DNA from: Octopus vulgaris
Taxonomy: Eukaryota
Length of the DNA: 64,000 bases
Assembly: GCA_951406725.2 (NCBI GenBank)
Contig: OX597818.1
Location: 5,270,001 to 5,334,000 of the forward strand
Reading direction: 5' to 3'
The notes beneath the pieces were generated by a model. It made no database searches, was not told where the DNA came from, and saw only the letters and a list, made by a program, of their open reading frames with translations. This document shows positions 13,490-27,980 of the stretch, piece after piece; position 1 is the stretch's first letter, and every line of letters starts with the position of its first letter. A program made the translations under genes and the position numbers.

Positions 13490-15591
13490 CACTGGAAATT
13501 TAAACAGAAATTAATTTAGAAAATAATGTAAACTTATATGTCAACAAAAACTGATTCTAATGCGAGTAATTAAAAGTAATGCAAGCACCATAATACTTTT
13601 TAAAAATTCAGTCGCCACACAATATTAAATCAACAAAATGTCAAAATCAGTTTACTCATAGGCGAATGAAACACTAGTGAGATAAATTTTATATTTTATT
13701 CTGATATTTTTCATTCAGAAATTTATGGTTTTATTAAGCATTTATATACGATGCATCCTTATTTTTTTTTCTGAAATGAATAACGTTTATCATCATGTGG
13801 CTTCGTGAAATTTAGTGTAATGCTGAATGCTTGCTTTTTAAAATTAAAGAGATGCGTCAGTTACAGTTAACATGCATTTCTAAGCTGCAGTCATCAAGTA
13901 TGTCGGATATATGTAAATGGTTTTATCTTCATTTGAGACTGAGTCATTAAATTTAAAAATAGATGTGCATTTTAATATAATCTTTCTGCATTTACATTTC
14001 ACCATTTTGTGACTAGGAAAAACAGAAAACGAATCAAATGTAAGTGAACATATATAATAGAATAAACAGGCAAAAGTAACCGGCTGTCATTTCAATAGAA
14101 TAGTTGCTTTCATGCAATACGTTTCATTTGTTATAGTAAAAATAGTTTGAATCTATGTATGTGAATTATTTTTATCGCTTTCGCAAAACCTAATCTATAA
14201 TCAAATCGTTAAACAAAAACTGATTATAGACCACAAGACATAAAAAGAGGACCCTATTATTCTCACAATTGCATTTGTTTGTGTTTTGCGTTCAATGTTA
14301 TATCTTTTTATAACATGTCATTACCATATGTTTTCATTATCTCAGAAATCAGCTCATGATTTGCATGCATTAAAAAATAAGGCTATCCATTTATGAAATT
14401 ATATATATATATATATTATTTGATACACATTACTATGCCTATATGCTCACATAAGCTTGTGTGTCTATGTGTTCGTCTGTTTGGTTATATATTCGAGCGA
14501 GATTGTGAGTGCGGATGCATAAATATACATATATGTGCATACACAACAAATTTGTAGGTGTTGAGAGAAATGATTTGGCGCAAATTTAATTTTATTTAAG
14601 TCACCGCACAATTTTCTTCATATTTGAGTTCAGCGCAGTTTACTTAACATATGTTGCGGCGATGAGAACCACTTCGATTGCAATGACTCAATATATTGCA
14701 GATCTTTTCAATAAAACTGAGGAATTTCAACTAAAATAAGCTGAGCAATAGCACCAAAAAATTATTTCATTAATATTGGGTGAGATTTCATGAACTTTTA
14801 CCTGCTAATCTCAAAACATATAAAGAAATTATCCTATCACGTGCAATTTCTTCACAAAACGATCCCAGGCCATGCACATTTAAGCAGCCTCACTTGAGCA
14901 ACACCAAAAAAGTGGAGCACTTCTTACTTTTTGGGCTACGCGAAGGGGAAGAGATGTTCCTCTCTTTTATGGGTGGCTGTTGGAGTTTCCACGAACAGAT
15001 TTTTGTATAGACTTTTCGCTATTGTTCGTTGAAGCTTCCTCACCGCTTTAGGGGTGCTTTCTTTTAAGTCACTGAAGGTTGTGTTAGACATACTGAGTAT
15101 ATGTACATGAGGTGGAGAGTTAGGCGGGTGCACAGAAAATCTTTTGGCGTGATGTATTTCATGCATTTCATTAGAGGTTCACTGTTTGTGTTGATTGCAG
15201 TGAGATTTACTATTGTTTTCGAAGGTAGATTTTGTATGGTGTGTGATGCTGATAGTGGTCGTGTTTCTGTGTTGTAGGGAGGAGCTGGGATGGTATCATC
15301 TATGCGTTTTTTTCGTTCGGGGATTCCCCTCCATTCTTTGTTTGCTTCTATGGTGGTTTGTGGATCAGTCTCGGGAATGGCTAGATCGGGTGGGTTGTTG
15401 CTTGTCGAAGTGGTTTCTCCCTTTTGTGCTGCTGTTGTCGGTTCTGTAATGTTCTTAGTGTTACTTTCTCGGGTATCCTTGGTGCTGTTGCAAATGGCGT
15501 CTCTATAATATACACAGATGAATGTGTATCATTCATGTATGCAATTACGTTTGGTTACCCTTACGTTTGTGCGTATATATATATATATATA

Positions 15592-16052
15592 TACTGGGTT
15601 ATTGAAAAAGAATGAACCGAATGAGGCCACCTACTGCAACATGGGCAACATTAACGCGATAAGAGAATTCCTCCCAGACGCGTATCAGCATATCACGATG
15701 CACTGAGTTAGTCGCTGTTGTTATTCGATGTGTGTGATTTTTTCTTGTGGGGGATATGTAAAAGATCGAGTTTATGTTCCAACGCTACCCACTGACCTCG
15801 ATGATCTTAATCATTGAATAACAACAGCGATCAACTCAGTGGTTCGTCACATACTGATATGCGTCTGGGAGGAATTCTTTTATCGCATTGATATCGCCCG
15901 TACTGAAGGTGGAGGCCACATTAAACACTTGTAAGACAGGAAATAAAAGTTACTGTGAGTAAATGCGTGTGACTTAGCTGGAGTTTCCTATTGCTTGTTC
16001 TTATTAAAATATTGCGCAGTGAAATAGGTTCGTTCTTTTTGCATAAATCCTA
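15592..16052 (+). mobile_element. Internally deleted Tc1/mariner-superfamily element
   Basis: FLWGYVKDRVY remnant (~15742); imperfect TIRs (aaaaagaatgaacc / ggttcgttctttt) in TA context. Confidence 0.7.
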
Positions 16053-16129
16053 TATATACATGTATGTGTATCATGCTTATAATTTCTATTTTTCAGTTCA
16101 GATCATCTTCATTAAGATCATGAACTATT

Positions 16130-17225
16130 CCTGAAATGTAACTATTCAAATAATTGTTCAGGAGAAAGTGAATGTAGCAAAAGTCAATCTCAAGCACAGG
16201 GAAATAATGGGATGCAAACTAGGCAGGAGTTTAGGCTCAGTAGCTTCGGGTGAAATGATTGTGAAAGAAGCACATGATAATTCAGGAAGTGAGAGGAGCT
16301 GGTGATGAAATAAAATTCCAGAAGACATTTTATCAAGGCCAACAAAAGCAAGTGGGGAGGTGTATTCCAAAGAACTTTCGTCTGGAATACCATGTGCGAT
16401 ATGGCTTATCTAAGAGTCAGTCTCATCCTCAGGTTTGTGTATGGCATCCTATCTTCAAGTAAAGACTAGACAAACAGTGAAACATGTTCTGAGCTTATGC
16501 AAAGTGGCGCTAGGGGAGGTGCATATGGAGTGCCAACCAAATGCATAAAGTGATCTTATATGTTATTTGTATCGAGTGAGGGACGACGGTACCGGTGGAA
16601 GTTCCACTAGAATGCTATGCAACTGAGAGTAAACATTTCTGCTCTAGAATAACTATGTCAAATGGATTATGGAAACAGGGTTCAGTGCGTGTGGATGCAC
16701 ATCAGTCCTTTCACAAAGAAAAAAACATTCAGGCAGAAATCACCAAGTGTGGTATGAAATCAGATATTGTACTCACCTCAATTTCATCAAAAGAAGTGAT
16801 CTTGGTTCAACATACTGTGGTCTTATAGAAGTACAATTGAGGAAACTCACATTTATACGACTGCAAAATATGACAGTTTAATCATCAAACCGAGAGAATC
16901 TGCTTGCTGAACCAAAGTTCTCGTCATAGAAATGAGTACGATGTAGTTGAGGACAAATCTACCTATGATCTAATGCAGCAGCTCTCAATTTCTGGGAGAA
17001 CCTTCCAGTGTTCTTTAGGAATTGGCTACAACACAAAAGTCATCTTATATCGGAGGCACTGTAAACATCCAGGTGGGTTGGAATGCAACCGGTTGATCGG
17101 AATTTGGCAAAAATGAGTAACGCTGCGATGTACTAGCGTCCAGTACAGCTAGGGAACACATACGCCATAGAAACGGGGAAACCGGGCCCATGAGCCTGGC
17201 TATGTTTTTAAAAGGGCGCATTTGA
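16130..17225 (+). mobile_element. Degenerate 3' part of a Hero-like RLE LINE
   Basis: KHVLSLCKVALG (CCHC end) and KSDIVLTSISSKEVILVQHTV (like RPDIVL..LIELTVPWE). Confidence 0.65.
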
Positions 17226-17764
17226 TATTTATTATGATAAATGAAATCTAGGTATATGACTTATTACTAATTTTTGTATCTTTTCATATGTCTTGCTCGC
17301 CTTACGTTCTGGCGTTTTTCAAATTTTCTTGAGAACAACTTTCCTTAGGGGTCAGACCGTATGGGGTCTACCTCTAGCACGTTAGGAGTCCACCTATTGG
17401 TCATTCCTCTCTTATATATATATATATAGGAAAGTTGTTCTCAAGAAAATTCGAAAAACGCCAGAACGTAAGGCGAGTAAGACATATGAAAAGATACAAA
17501 AATTAGTAATAAGTCATATACCTAGATTTCATTTATCATAATAAATATCAAATGCGCCCTTTTAAAAACATAGCCAGGCTCATGGGCCCGGTTTCCCCGT
17601 TTCTATGGCGTATGTGTTCCCTAGCTGTACTGGACGCTAGTACATCGCAGCGTTACTCATTTTTGCCAAATTCCGATCAACCGGTTGCATTCCAACCCAC
17701 CTGGATGTTTACAGTGCCTCCGATATAAGATGACTTTTGTGTTGTAGCCAATTCCTAAAGAACA
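17009..17764. repeat. 337-bp near-perfect inverted duplication
   Basis: 17009-17345 is the reverse complement of 17428-17764 (about two mismatches seen); 82-bp spacer. Confidence 0.95.
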
Positions 17765-17914
17765 TATATATATAAAAATAAATATAAGAGAATGGTCACT
17801 ATGTGGCTCATTCTAGCAGGCCACTTGGTGTTGAATAGACATAGTATCTAATTCTCTCACCCTTATTAATTAATTATATATATATATATATATATTTGTA
17901 TATATATATATATT

Positions 17915-17970
<56 letters not shown>

Positions 17971-18094
17971 AGTGTGTGTGTGTGTGAATGTCTATATATA
18001 TAAGTATATATACAGAATAATTTTCCTGGTTAGCCAGTACGTGATGTTGCGTTTTGTGTGTGCTGGGTACCATGATTTATCCTAAGCAAAAGTG

Positions 18095-18560
18095 AGCCAC
18101 ATAACCTAAAGAAACTATTAATAAAGGCAAAATTCAACATGGACACACAGGTTAAAACATTTACAGAATACAATTGTAATGATAACATGTGGAACGTGTC
18201 AATATACGCATACTTGTAGATCGATTAGAACCAAAAAGGGACGGATTTTCGGTAATGCAGATATGAACTGCAAAAACAAATTTTATCTACTGCATTAAAT
18301 GCCCCGATTGCGAGGAACTATATACTGGCGAGGAAGGCAATGCATTATCGGAACGCTCGCGAGTCCTCAGGCAACAAATCTGCAACACTAATGTTCGCCA
18401 TGTTCCATTGAACGAACATATAGAAATAAGTTGTCAGAAAATGTTTCTAATTTTTCCTTTCAAAAAACTGCATGACAAAAGTGAGGTTGGAAGTAAGAAA
18501 AAAGAAAAAAAAACGTTTCATTAAAATGTTCAAACCTGTAATATAACAATCAGTTAATGG
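18095..18560 (+). mobile_element. Penelope-like element GIY-YIG endonuclease remnant
   Basis: NLKKLLIKAKF, CGTC, CPDCEELYTGE, LSERSRVLRQQI, LNEHI, FIKMFKP in broken frames. Confidence 0.75.
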
Positions 18561-19479
18561 TGTGGTTTAAAAATATCTTTAACATATGAATTACAGAAGA
18601 TTTAGCAATTGAAGTAAAAACGATAAAAACAAGCTAAGTTTGCTTACTCATAAAACCATTACATGTAAACCGGAATCTATGCCAGTAATCTCAGTACTCC
18701 CGACAAACAGTGACGTTGAAGCTGCATGCGCATTGGTCAAAACGTATTCTAAAAATTCGGCTTCTTGGTGACATCTAAGAGGTACAAAAAGGAAGAAGTT
18801 ATTCATTTTATTACAGTTGTCAAGAACTCAACTGTTAGTTAAATACGTTTTGAAATATGATGATTACTACGCATGTTAATTGAACTTTATGAATATTACA
18901 AAATATTTTTCTTAATGTTTAACACATTTCAACTTTGTAAAAAAATTATATTTTTTTAAAATACCATATATATATATATATATATATATTTATACACACA
19001 CATATACGCATATATATGCATATATTATCATTTATATATGTGTGTGCGTGTTTGCGTGTGCCAAACTGATAAAGTAAACTTGATTTACGATTAAAATTTG
19101 CAAGATAAGTCCTGACGTCGACGTGTTCAAGTTAAAAAGACCATTCAAGGTGGTGTCCCAGCATGGCTACAGGGAAAATGACTGAATAATTAAAATATAA
19201 AAGATACATATTATGTGTGTGTGTGTGTATGTGTGTGTGTGTGTATGTCCAGACACGTGGACACACACACATACATGACTTAACGAATAATATAGAAGGA
19301 ATTTATTCATTGTCAACAAGTATAGAATATCTATTTGAATGAAATCTACTTATTTATAGAAATGAAAATATTTCTGCAATAGATATAAGCTACGAATGAA
19401 AATTAGACGTGATTATTAATCTACTCCATTTATAGGTGGATTTCAGTTTCAGTATTTATCTATCTTTAATATTCTGAAT

Positions 19480-19660
19480 CGAGCTGACAGATCTGACAGA
19501 GCGCTGGGCAAAAAGTTTAACGGCATCCCGTCCAGTTTTATGTTCTGAGTTCAAATTCAACTGATGTTGACTTTACCTTTCATCATTTCGAGGGTACCAG
19601 TTAAGCACTGCGGTCGATGTATCCTCCAAATTTGGTGGGTTTGTGCCAAAATTTGAAACC
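19480..19660 (+). mobile_element. tRNA-derived SINE family B (degenerate)
   Basis: gttctgagttcaaattc...ctttcatc shared with other copies. Confidence 0.75.
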
Positions 19661-20680
19661 AATATCTATATTAAACTTCGCGTAATGATTTCAGTGATGT
19701 GTGATTATATTTATTTTGCAATTTGCCCTTCAATATTCTGGTAGCAAAGTTTGATACGATCGATTTTTTGTCATAAAGTAATCATGTCTAATCATGTTGT
19801 ATATTAATTTACATCTTCCTTAAATGCATGAAGTTGATATACTTGAAGTATCCAATATTCCTGAGGTTAGAAAATTATTCATTAACTAATGCATTTATTG
19901 AATCTCCAATATTTAGTTAGATTCTAAATGCTGTTAAAATTTGTTTTTGTATCTTTACTCGACCAATTAGTTTACTCATACTTCAAGTACATTGTCTTAT
20001 TTCACTGTAATTTATTTTAAGGATGATAATTTTACAGAGGTAAGTGAACACATGTAATATGGTAACCATTATGATAGAATCAAATATACGATAAGCAAAA
20101 ATCAACACAATACCTAAAAAAATCTACGTAATCATCCATAATTACCCAGCCATAACAGTTGTGGCAGCTAAGAAAGAAAAGCACGACCTCATGTATGAAT
20201 GAAAGCAAACAACATATTGTTATGAATCTTAAATATAATTACATTATATCGAACTTTTATTATATGTATGAATAATATATGTATTCTTAGAATATGCAGT
20301 TTTTCTCATTGTTTTTGAATTATAAGAGTACACTATTTTTTTCAGTTCTTTAAAAATGTGGACAAACGTTTAAATCAATATCCATATATTAGCGTAGCTC
20401 GACTATTTTGTGAATTCAAGTCAATCCACTAATGTTATTTAGTTTGTAGTTTAAATGTATTTCGCAGCAGGAATATATTCGAATTAACAATCGTGATAAA
20501 TTATTCATGTGCCGAGTTTATTTTACACGATCAGAAATTTACATCATATTTTCAGGAAATTTAATATATTAAGATAATTCCCCAACGCCATGTTTATCCG
20601 TTTATATTTCGATCAATGGCTGTTTTTTAATACTCATGGAATTTAAGTTTACTGATAATATTTTGGTACCCTTGATAAAA

Positions 20681-21525
20681 TACGAGATAAATTCAAGAAG
20701 TTTTGAAACTTTTTTAGGAGAGGCTAACTGTCCTAGATCATTGTAATTTTAGTATATCTCTACAATGCAAAAGATTAGCTGACCTGTCATCCATTTGCTC
20801 TTTCAGATTGAAGAAGACAGCTGTAACAGCACTTTGAAGACATCCTGTAAAACATTTCTTGTCATAGCTAACTACTTTGCAGATTGCAATTGGGACAGGA
20901 AGACAATTTAGAAGTTTGCAATGAATAAAGTTTTGTGCTAAAGTAGGAAACAACACAAAATTCTATGAAATGCTTCAGATTCTTTATAGATTAGTTTGTA
21001 TGAGTACAACAGGCCAGGCAAAGCAAGACTACCGGAAGGCTCATGATCATCCACTGTTTCGACAAGATGGCCCATCATCTATATCCAGTGGGTTCCGTTT
21101 GGCCAGACGATCAACAAAGAGTATTTTGTGGAGGTTTTGAGGGAGTTGTGGAGGAGAATTCAACACAAGTGTTCAGAGCATCTGAACCCGGACTATGCAT
21201 CAGTCAACAATTCCATCCTGGTAAGCCAAGTACTTCACAAAGATGAGCATTAAATCTGTCCCTCACCCTCCCTACAATCCAGAGCTTGGTCCCTGTGACT
21301 GTTGGTTGTTCCCCGAGCTGGAGGAGAAAATGAAGGAGGCTTTGACAATTGAGCACTTCCACTTTGGAGGACCTCCGTGGGGCCTTCACGAAGTGGCCGA
21401 AGCACTACCACAAGTGTACATTAGCCAGAGGATCTTACTTTGAAAATGATTAGAGCTTTGTACTTCTTTAAAATTAATACATGGTTCTTCTGAGAACGTC
21501 TCAAATCTTCTGGAATACATTTTGT
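20681..21525 (+). mobile_element. Internally deleted mariner element
   Basis: HPPYNPELGPCDCWLFPEL (like HPPYSPDLAPCD) in ORF 21243..21443; weak TIR remnants. Confidence 0.8.
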
Positions 21526-21729
21526 ATTCTATATATTACGAAACATTTTAAACGTAAGAAACTATATCAGTTATAATTTCAATTAAAGTGCTGCAAACAA
21601 AATTATGTCAACCATACACTATAGCTATGTAACATATATGCCACTACAACTTCTGTAATATATCACATTACATTCTGTAGGAAGACACTCTGTACTTGAA
21701 AAGAATGGTTCCTTTATTAATTGATCATT

Positions 21730-22128
21730 ATCTCTTTTACTTTTTCAGTCATTTGACTGCGGCCATGCTGGAGCACCGCCTTTAGTCGATCAAATCGACC
21801 CTAGGACTTATTCTTTGTAAGCTTAGTACTTATTCAATCAGTCTCTTTTGCCGAACCGCCAGGTTACGGGGACGTAAACAACCGCATCAGTTGTCAAGCG
21901 ATGTTGGGGGACAAACACAGACACACAAGCATATACACACACACATATATATATATATATATACATATATACGACGGGCTTCTTTTCAGTTTCCGTCTAC
22001 CAAATCCACTCACAAGGCTTTGTTAGGCCCGAGGATATAGTAGAAGACACTTGCCCAAGATGACACTCAGTGGGACTGAACCATGTTGTTGGTAAGTAAG
22101 CTACTTACCACAAACCACTCCTGTGCCT
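21730..22128 (-). mobile_element. SINE family A
   Basis: Reverse complement of 10672-11112. Confidence 0.9.
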
Positions 22129-22989
22129 AAAGATAATTTTTAAAAAAACATGATTTATAGCAATAAATGAATGTGCGAGTTTTATGTACCCCGGATTCCG
22201 AACCTTAAACCTGCATGAAATACATAAAGTCATGCATCGGTGTGTATAAGTTGCAGATGTTAAATCTTAACTTAAACTAATATATAAGGAATTAAGGATC
22301 CTTTAATACTAAGCAAAAATGTGCAGGAGGCACGTGCTTTGCTTTAGGGGTACTCAATCAGCTGGTTCAGATGAGAACTCTTCGTTGTAATAGATTTTGA
22401 AAAATCGGAGGAAGCAAAAGATTGATAAACCAATGGGTAATATTTTAAATTAAGTTTTTTATTTTTATAAAACTTTGTAAATGATGGCATTCGTTTTGCT
22501 TGGTATTGTACAGGACATATATTTAGGTTGCATCAGTAACGTCTCCTATAAGTTCCAACACAGACATTAAAATACACATTAAATAAAAGGGGTTAAAAAT
22601 TCAAACTGTATTTTCAGGAAGTATCTTTGCGAATACCAGTTATAAATTTTATTATCGTAATTTGATTATATTTAAGAAGAAAGCTACCCATCGATGCTGA
22701 AATTCCGCATAGTATGAATATATTAAATCAAAGACTGAGATTTATAGGATTATCTTTAATTCTGTAGCTACAGTTGCTGTAATGATTCACCCAGGCATTG
22801 GGTGAATATATACCTCAGGTTAAATTGTAGTGATTCGTGAGCACTTCTAGGCTATTCAGTTTTCAACTCAATCAAATGCGTTTTTTAGCAATGATGGCCC
22901 GGACCTCAGCTACATTTTAAGATAAAATATTTGAATTTTGAATCATAAAACAGTCCAAAATATATGAGGTCAAAAATGGAATAGTAATG

Positions 22990-24730
22990 TAAAAAATTGA
23001 ATTTGAATAAAAATATCGCAGTCTTTTTCAGAAAAAGAAACAGAATAATTGGGTTTAACAATCTTTTGCTAAAAATCTCGTTAAAAGTATTAGCTAGGAA
23101 AAATGCTGTGTGGCTTTAAGTGACTAATTTAAGTAACAACCCAACACAAATTGACTTTGAATCAAAATATCTCAGCTATTGTAAAAAAGAAAACAATAGT
23201 TGTGGACAAAGGAAAGTCCCCAATGAAATGAATCTTATGCTGAAAATCTCATCAAAAATTATGCTACAATACAGTTGGGTGGCTTTAAGTGACGAAATAA
23301 GTTGACCAGTTAAACAAGTCAAAATACTTTTGTCTTTTTAAGACATCTATAAAAGACGGTATGGACATATAACATAATGTTACAGTGCGCTTATCTAGAG
23401 TTTGAGAAGTCAGGGTTTCGATACTCTGTAGCCCCGTTTTGTAAGGGTATTTAGCAAAGCATCTAAGCTGTATTCACAACTATTTTACGTTCTAGATTTC
23501 ATTCAGATGATTCTTATGAGAGGAATCTTATGGTGAACATCTTTTCAAAAATGTTATGTAGCTTTAAGTGACTAAAAAAAAATATGCTAATTTTAAGAAA
23601 TCAAAATATTCTTGTCATTTTAAGAGAAAAATAATGTTATTTGAATTCAATTGAGAGTTCATAGAGACGAATATTTTGAACGGAAAACACCGTCTAAAAA
23701 TATAAAGCGTAAAAAGGTAATGACTTTTTGCGATTTCATATTAACTTTTATTAGTATCTTTATGCATTAGAACATTTATATGTTACAAAATAAAATATAA
23801 AATTTCACTACTTAAAAATATTAACAATTAAATATATAAGTAGAATATAACGTTATTTTATAATTAAAAATATTTAAAAATATATTTATCTGTAATAGAT
23901 ATGCTGCTCTTAAACCATTGTTATATTTAAGTGCGAAACCTGTATTTCAAAAATATTTATAATAGCATCAGTTTTCAACTATAAAGGTAAATATAGTTAT
24001 TTATGATAATCGATGCGTTGCCCACTGAAGGTAGAAGTTGATAAATTTCTAAAATAGTTCAACAAATAGTACATGTACTCTTTTGGCTGTTTAAAAATAT
24101 ATATCTTTTGCTTTTATTTCTACAATTTCTAAAAAAAATTAAGTTAATATATTTGATTTAAATATTTCTTTGTATTCAGCTAAAACATTTCTGTGTTATT
24201 TTTAGTATTATTTTATATTTGAATTTTCTTTTCTTAACAAGACTCACATTCCAAATATTTTAAATCATAGATATTGTGTTATAAAGTTAAAATCATGTGG
24301 AATATGTGTAATTCAAAAGAATAAAAATAGTAAAAAAATAAATAAAAAAAGCAAAACATTTTCTTTAAAGTTTGCATTATCAGATATTTTCTATTTTAAG
24401 TTAGAAAAATGTTTAAAAATTTGAAAGCTAATGAATAAATTGAGTGCAACATTTAGAAATTACTTCCTATCTTTTAAAAAACAAGACAAAGCTTATGATC
24501 GTCAATTTTGCACTTACATTAATTTCTAAAATAGCTCCTCTAATATCTTAATTTTAACTTTTAAGTAAGAATAAACAGTATAACAGCGTATTTATTACTA
24601 TTTCATTCTTTTAAATTCTAACTTCAACAGCAATATTTTAATTTTGTACAGGATTAACTATTCTGTACGTTTTTCAGGTTGGAAACTTGATAATGTTCTA
24701 GGATTCTGCACCTGCATTTTTCATTATAGT
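22990..24730 (+). repeat. Old AT-rich interspersed repeat, copy 1 (inverted copy at ~44085-46000)
   Basis: Collinear reverse-complement similarity in several blocks; internal GTGGCTTTAAGTGAC subrepeats. Confidence 0.7.
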
Positions 24731-24823
24731 ACAGCATGGGCTTAGATTTCAAAAATATAAACATTTATAATATAATGAACTGAAAATTTTATAAAATACA
24801 TATTATTATTATTATTATTGCTG

Positions 24824-24855
<32 letters not shown>

Positions 24856-24859
24856 GGTG

Positions 24860-25170
24860 TTGTTTTATTTCTCAGAACGTTCAGTCTTGCTTGTTCTGCA
24901 TATTATAAACTTTGATATTTGGTTGTTATATATCGTGGGAGACATTCACAATCCAAGTACTAATCTCAAAATCCCACCAGAGCAGTTTTCAAAGTTTGCT
25001 CTGCTCCCATCTCAATTCCAATTTCTATGACATATTTCTCGAACTTGGTTGTTAGTGCACCGAGTACTGGAATGATAGAGACTTTCCTCATAGTTCACAT
25101 TCTTGCAATTTCATCTTTTAGTAGTTTGTACTTTTAATTTTTTTTTAGTTCTTTATCATTTATGCGTGCA
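24860..25170 (-). mobile_element. Degenerate RLE LINE 3' fragment
   Basis: KYKLLKDEIARM...IIPVLGAL on the minus strand. Confidence 0.65.
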
Positions 25171-25214
25171 ACTGCAGGCCCGGTCGTCATTATACGGTTG
25201 CTAGAAATAAATGG

Positions 25215-25560
25215 ACTAAGACGATGAATATAACTGCCAAGGAATGTTTTTTTTTTTGAGCAGACACACTGATAATGAAGGCAGACCGATAAGAGGATAT
25301 AGAAAAAGGTTGCATAATATGGATGGAGAAGCAGGGCTCAGATATTAAGGAACAGAGACTCTGTCTTTGACAAGGTAAGACCAAGAAGGAAGAAAGGATG
25401 ATTAACAGTACTAAAGCTCGATGAGATTAGGAGGAGAGTGATGACCAAAAACTCGGGAAGCGATGCAGAAGTAGATATAAAGAATGCTGACGATGCGGTA
25501 AACGGGAGAAGTATGTCTCAAACCCGAGTGTAGAGAAGGACTAAATAATGAAGGCAAAGG
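25215..25560 (+). mobile_element. Degenerate N-terminal fragment of an RLE LINE
   Basis: RGYRKRLHNIWMEK...KEQRL...LDEIRR resembles the N-terminus of R4/Dong ORFs. Confidence 0.5.
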
Positions 25561-25679
25561 AATGATCGAAGGCCTTACAAGTATAATTGAGGAAAACCTC
25601 AATATGGAAATAAATCATCATCATCATCATCATCACCATCATCATCATCATTATTATTATTATTATTATTATTATTCAG

Positions 25680-27840
25680 TAGTTTTATTTTTGTAGCGTG
25701 CTTTCACTTCACTACCGAGCACAGCTCTGTGTGCCTTGGGTATGTGCTGTGATTTGTTGTGATGCTCTGATGGTTATTGTATAGAAAGTGTTCTGCGTAG
25801 GATGTGTGCAGTGCCTAGTAGTGCAATTTTCTGTATGTTATATGTGTTTGTAAGTCCTGGAGTTTTTGTTATGTATTTGTCTGAATATTTTTTTATCATG
25901 CCTAATGCACCTACTATGATAGGAATTGTTTCTGTTTTCAGATTCCACATTCTAGTTACCTCTATTTCCAGGTCTTTGTATTTTGAGAGTTTCTCCATTT
26001 CTTTTAGAGACACGTTGTCATCAGCCGGTATTGATACATCAATTAGAGAGCATTTCTTTTCTTCATGATCTCTGACAACTATATCTGGTCTGTTGGCCTT
26101 AATTTCTCTATCTGTGTGTATCGGCATATCCCAGAGTATGGTTGCTTTCTCGTTTTCTGTGACCTTTTCTGGTGTGTGCCTATACCATCTTTTTTCTGTT
26201 GTTATTCCATAATGTTGGCATAGCTTCCAATGTATGTAGGTTCCAACTTTGTCATGTCCGTGAATATATTCCTTCTTAGCCAAGACTGGGCAGCTAGAGA
26301 TAATATGATTTATTGTTTCTTGTCCATCTCCACATATTCTGCAGTTACTTGTAATATTTCTTTTCATTACATGTTTTTGGTAATTTCTGGTGGGGAGGCT
26401 TTGGTCTTGTGCTGCAATTAAAAATCCCTCTGTTTCTGCTTTGAGTCCTGAGCTTCTCAACCATTGCTGGGATTTTTCTTTGTCTATTTCTTTTGCGTTT
26501 AGTTTAGTGCAGTATTTACCACGAAGGGGCTTTTCTTGCCATCGTTTTATCATGGTTCGTTGCTGTTCTATTTTTAGTTTGGATTTCATTTGTTTTATAG
26601 CTTTTGTTGTTTCGTCATCTTCTTCTTCTTCTTCTTCATGTTTATTAAGTGGTATGATTTCTTGTTTGTATTTGTCAGCTTCCTTAAATACTGAGAACAG
26701 TTTTTTGTTTTGCTCGTGTTTTGCCGCTATCTGGATCAGTTTTCCTTCCTTCTGAAGTAGATATTTTTGCAGTCCTATGGTGGTTATTTTATAGTAGTTT
26801 TCCAGCTGTATAAGGCATCTACCACCTTCTATACGTTGTATATATAGTCTTTCTATGTCAGATTTTGGGTGATGCATCCTAGATCCTGTCATTATTTTTC
26901 TCGTTTTCCTATCTATTTTGGTCAGTTCATTTCGTGTCCAGTTAAGGATATTGTAGCTGTAACTTATAACTGGGACAGCTAAAGTGTTGATACCTATTAT
27001 CTTGTTTTTAGCATTGAGCTCTGTGTTTAGATCTAACTCGTCTATAATATTCTTTTTTTTTTTTTTTAATTTTTTTTTTTAAATTTTCTCTTTCATTTGT
27101 GTGTGTTGTGTCTTATCTAGTTCATGGATTCCTAAGTATTTGTAAGTTTGGCTTTGGTCTAATTCTTTTATTTCATTGGTTTTATCTAGTGTGATGTTGT
27201 TACTCTTAACTAGTTTTCCTCTTTTCAGGGTTACTTTGGCGCATTTTTCTAATCCAAATTTCATATCTATTTCTTTGGTAAATCCATGAACTGTCTTTAA
27301 TAGTGTTTCCAGCTGTTTGTCATTTGCAGCGTATAGTTTTAGGTCATTCATATATAAAAGGTGGCTGATCGTTTTGCCGTAACATTTATATCCGCATCCA
27401 GTTCTATTTAGCATATCAGATAGATGTGACACTGCCAAGCAGAAAAGGAGTGGAGAGTGCGTGTCTCCCTGGAATATTCCTCTTCTAATGGGGATGTCTT
27501 TGGTTTTCATGAGTCCCTCTTTTGTTTGGAGATGTAGGACTGTTTGCCATTTATTCATAGAGTGCTCTATGAATTTTATGATTGTTGGTGCTACTTTGTT
27601 AATGGCTAGTGTTTCGAAGATCCATGTGTGGGGGATGCTGTCAAACGCCTTTTTGTAGTCAATCCAGGCCATACTGAGGCCTTTCTTCTTTCTGTGGCTG
27701 TCTTCAGTTATGGCTTTATTAATCATTAGTTGATCTTTACAGCCATATGAGCCTTTGCGGCATCCTTTCTGCTCTTCTGGGAACAGTTTGTTTTCGTCCA
27801 GGTGCTTGTTCAGCCTTTGTGATATCACTGCAGTAAATTA
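25680..27840 (-). mobile_element. 5'-truncated Dong/R4-like RLE LINE, relatively young
   Basis: RT 27079..27828 (DYKKAFD, QGDTHSP, YMNDL); ORF 25774..26892 with CRICG...HIISSC and RPDIV...IDVS...KYKDL; disrupted by a poly-T insertion near 27055; (TTA)n flanks. Confidence 0.95.
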
Positions 27841-27913
27841 TTTGTGATATCACTGCAGTAAATTATTATTATTATCATTATTATTATTATTATTTTTATT
27901 ATTATTATTATTA

Positions 27914-27972
<59 letters not shown>

Positions 27973-27980
27973 ATTATTAT

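Noticed and set aside
14880-15500. Cluster of short ORFs with higher GC
   Set aside because: No recognisable motif; probably a decayed repeat and cannot be classified.
23110-23572. CRISPR-like recurrence of a 15-bp motif
   Set aside because: Spacing is long and irregular, the context is eukaryotic, and there are no cas genes.
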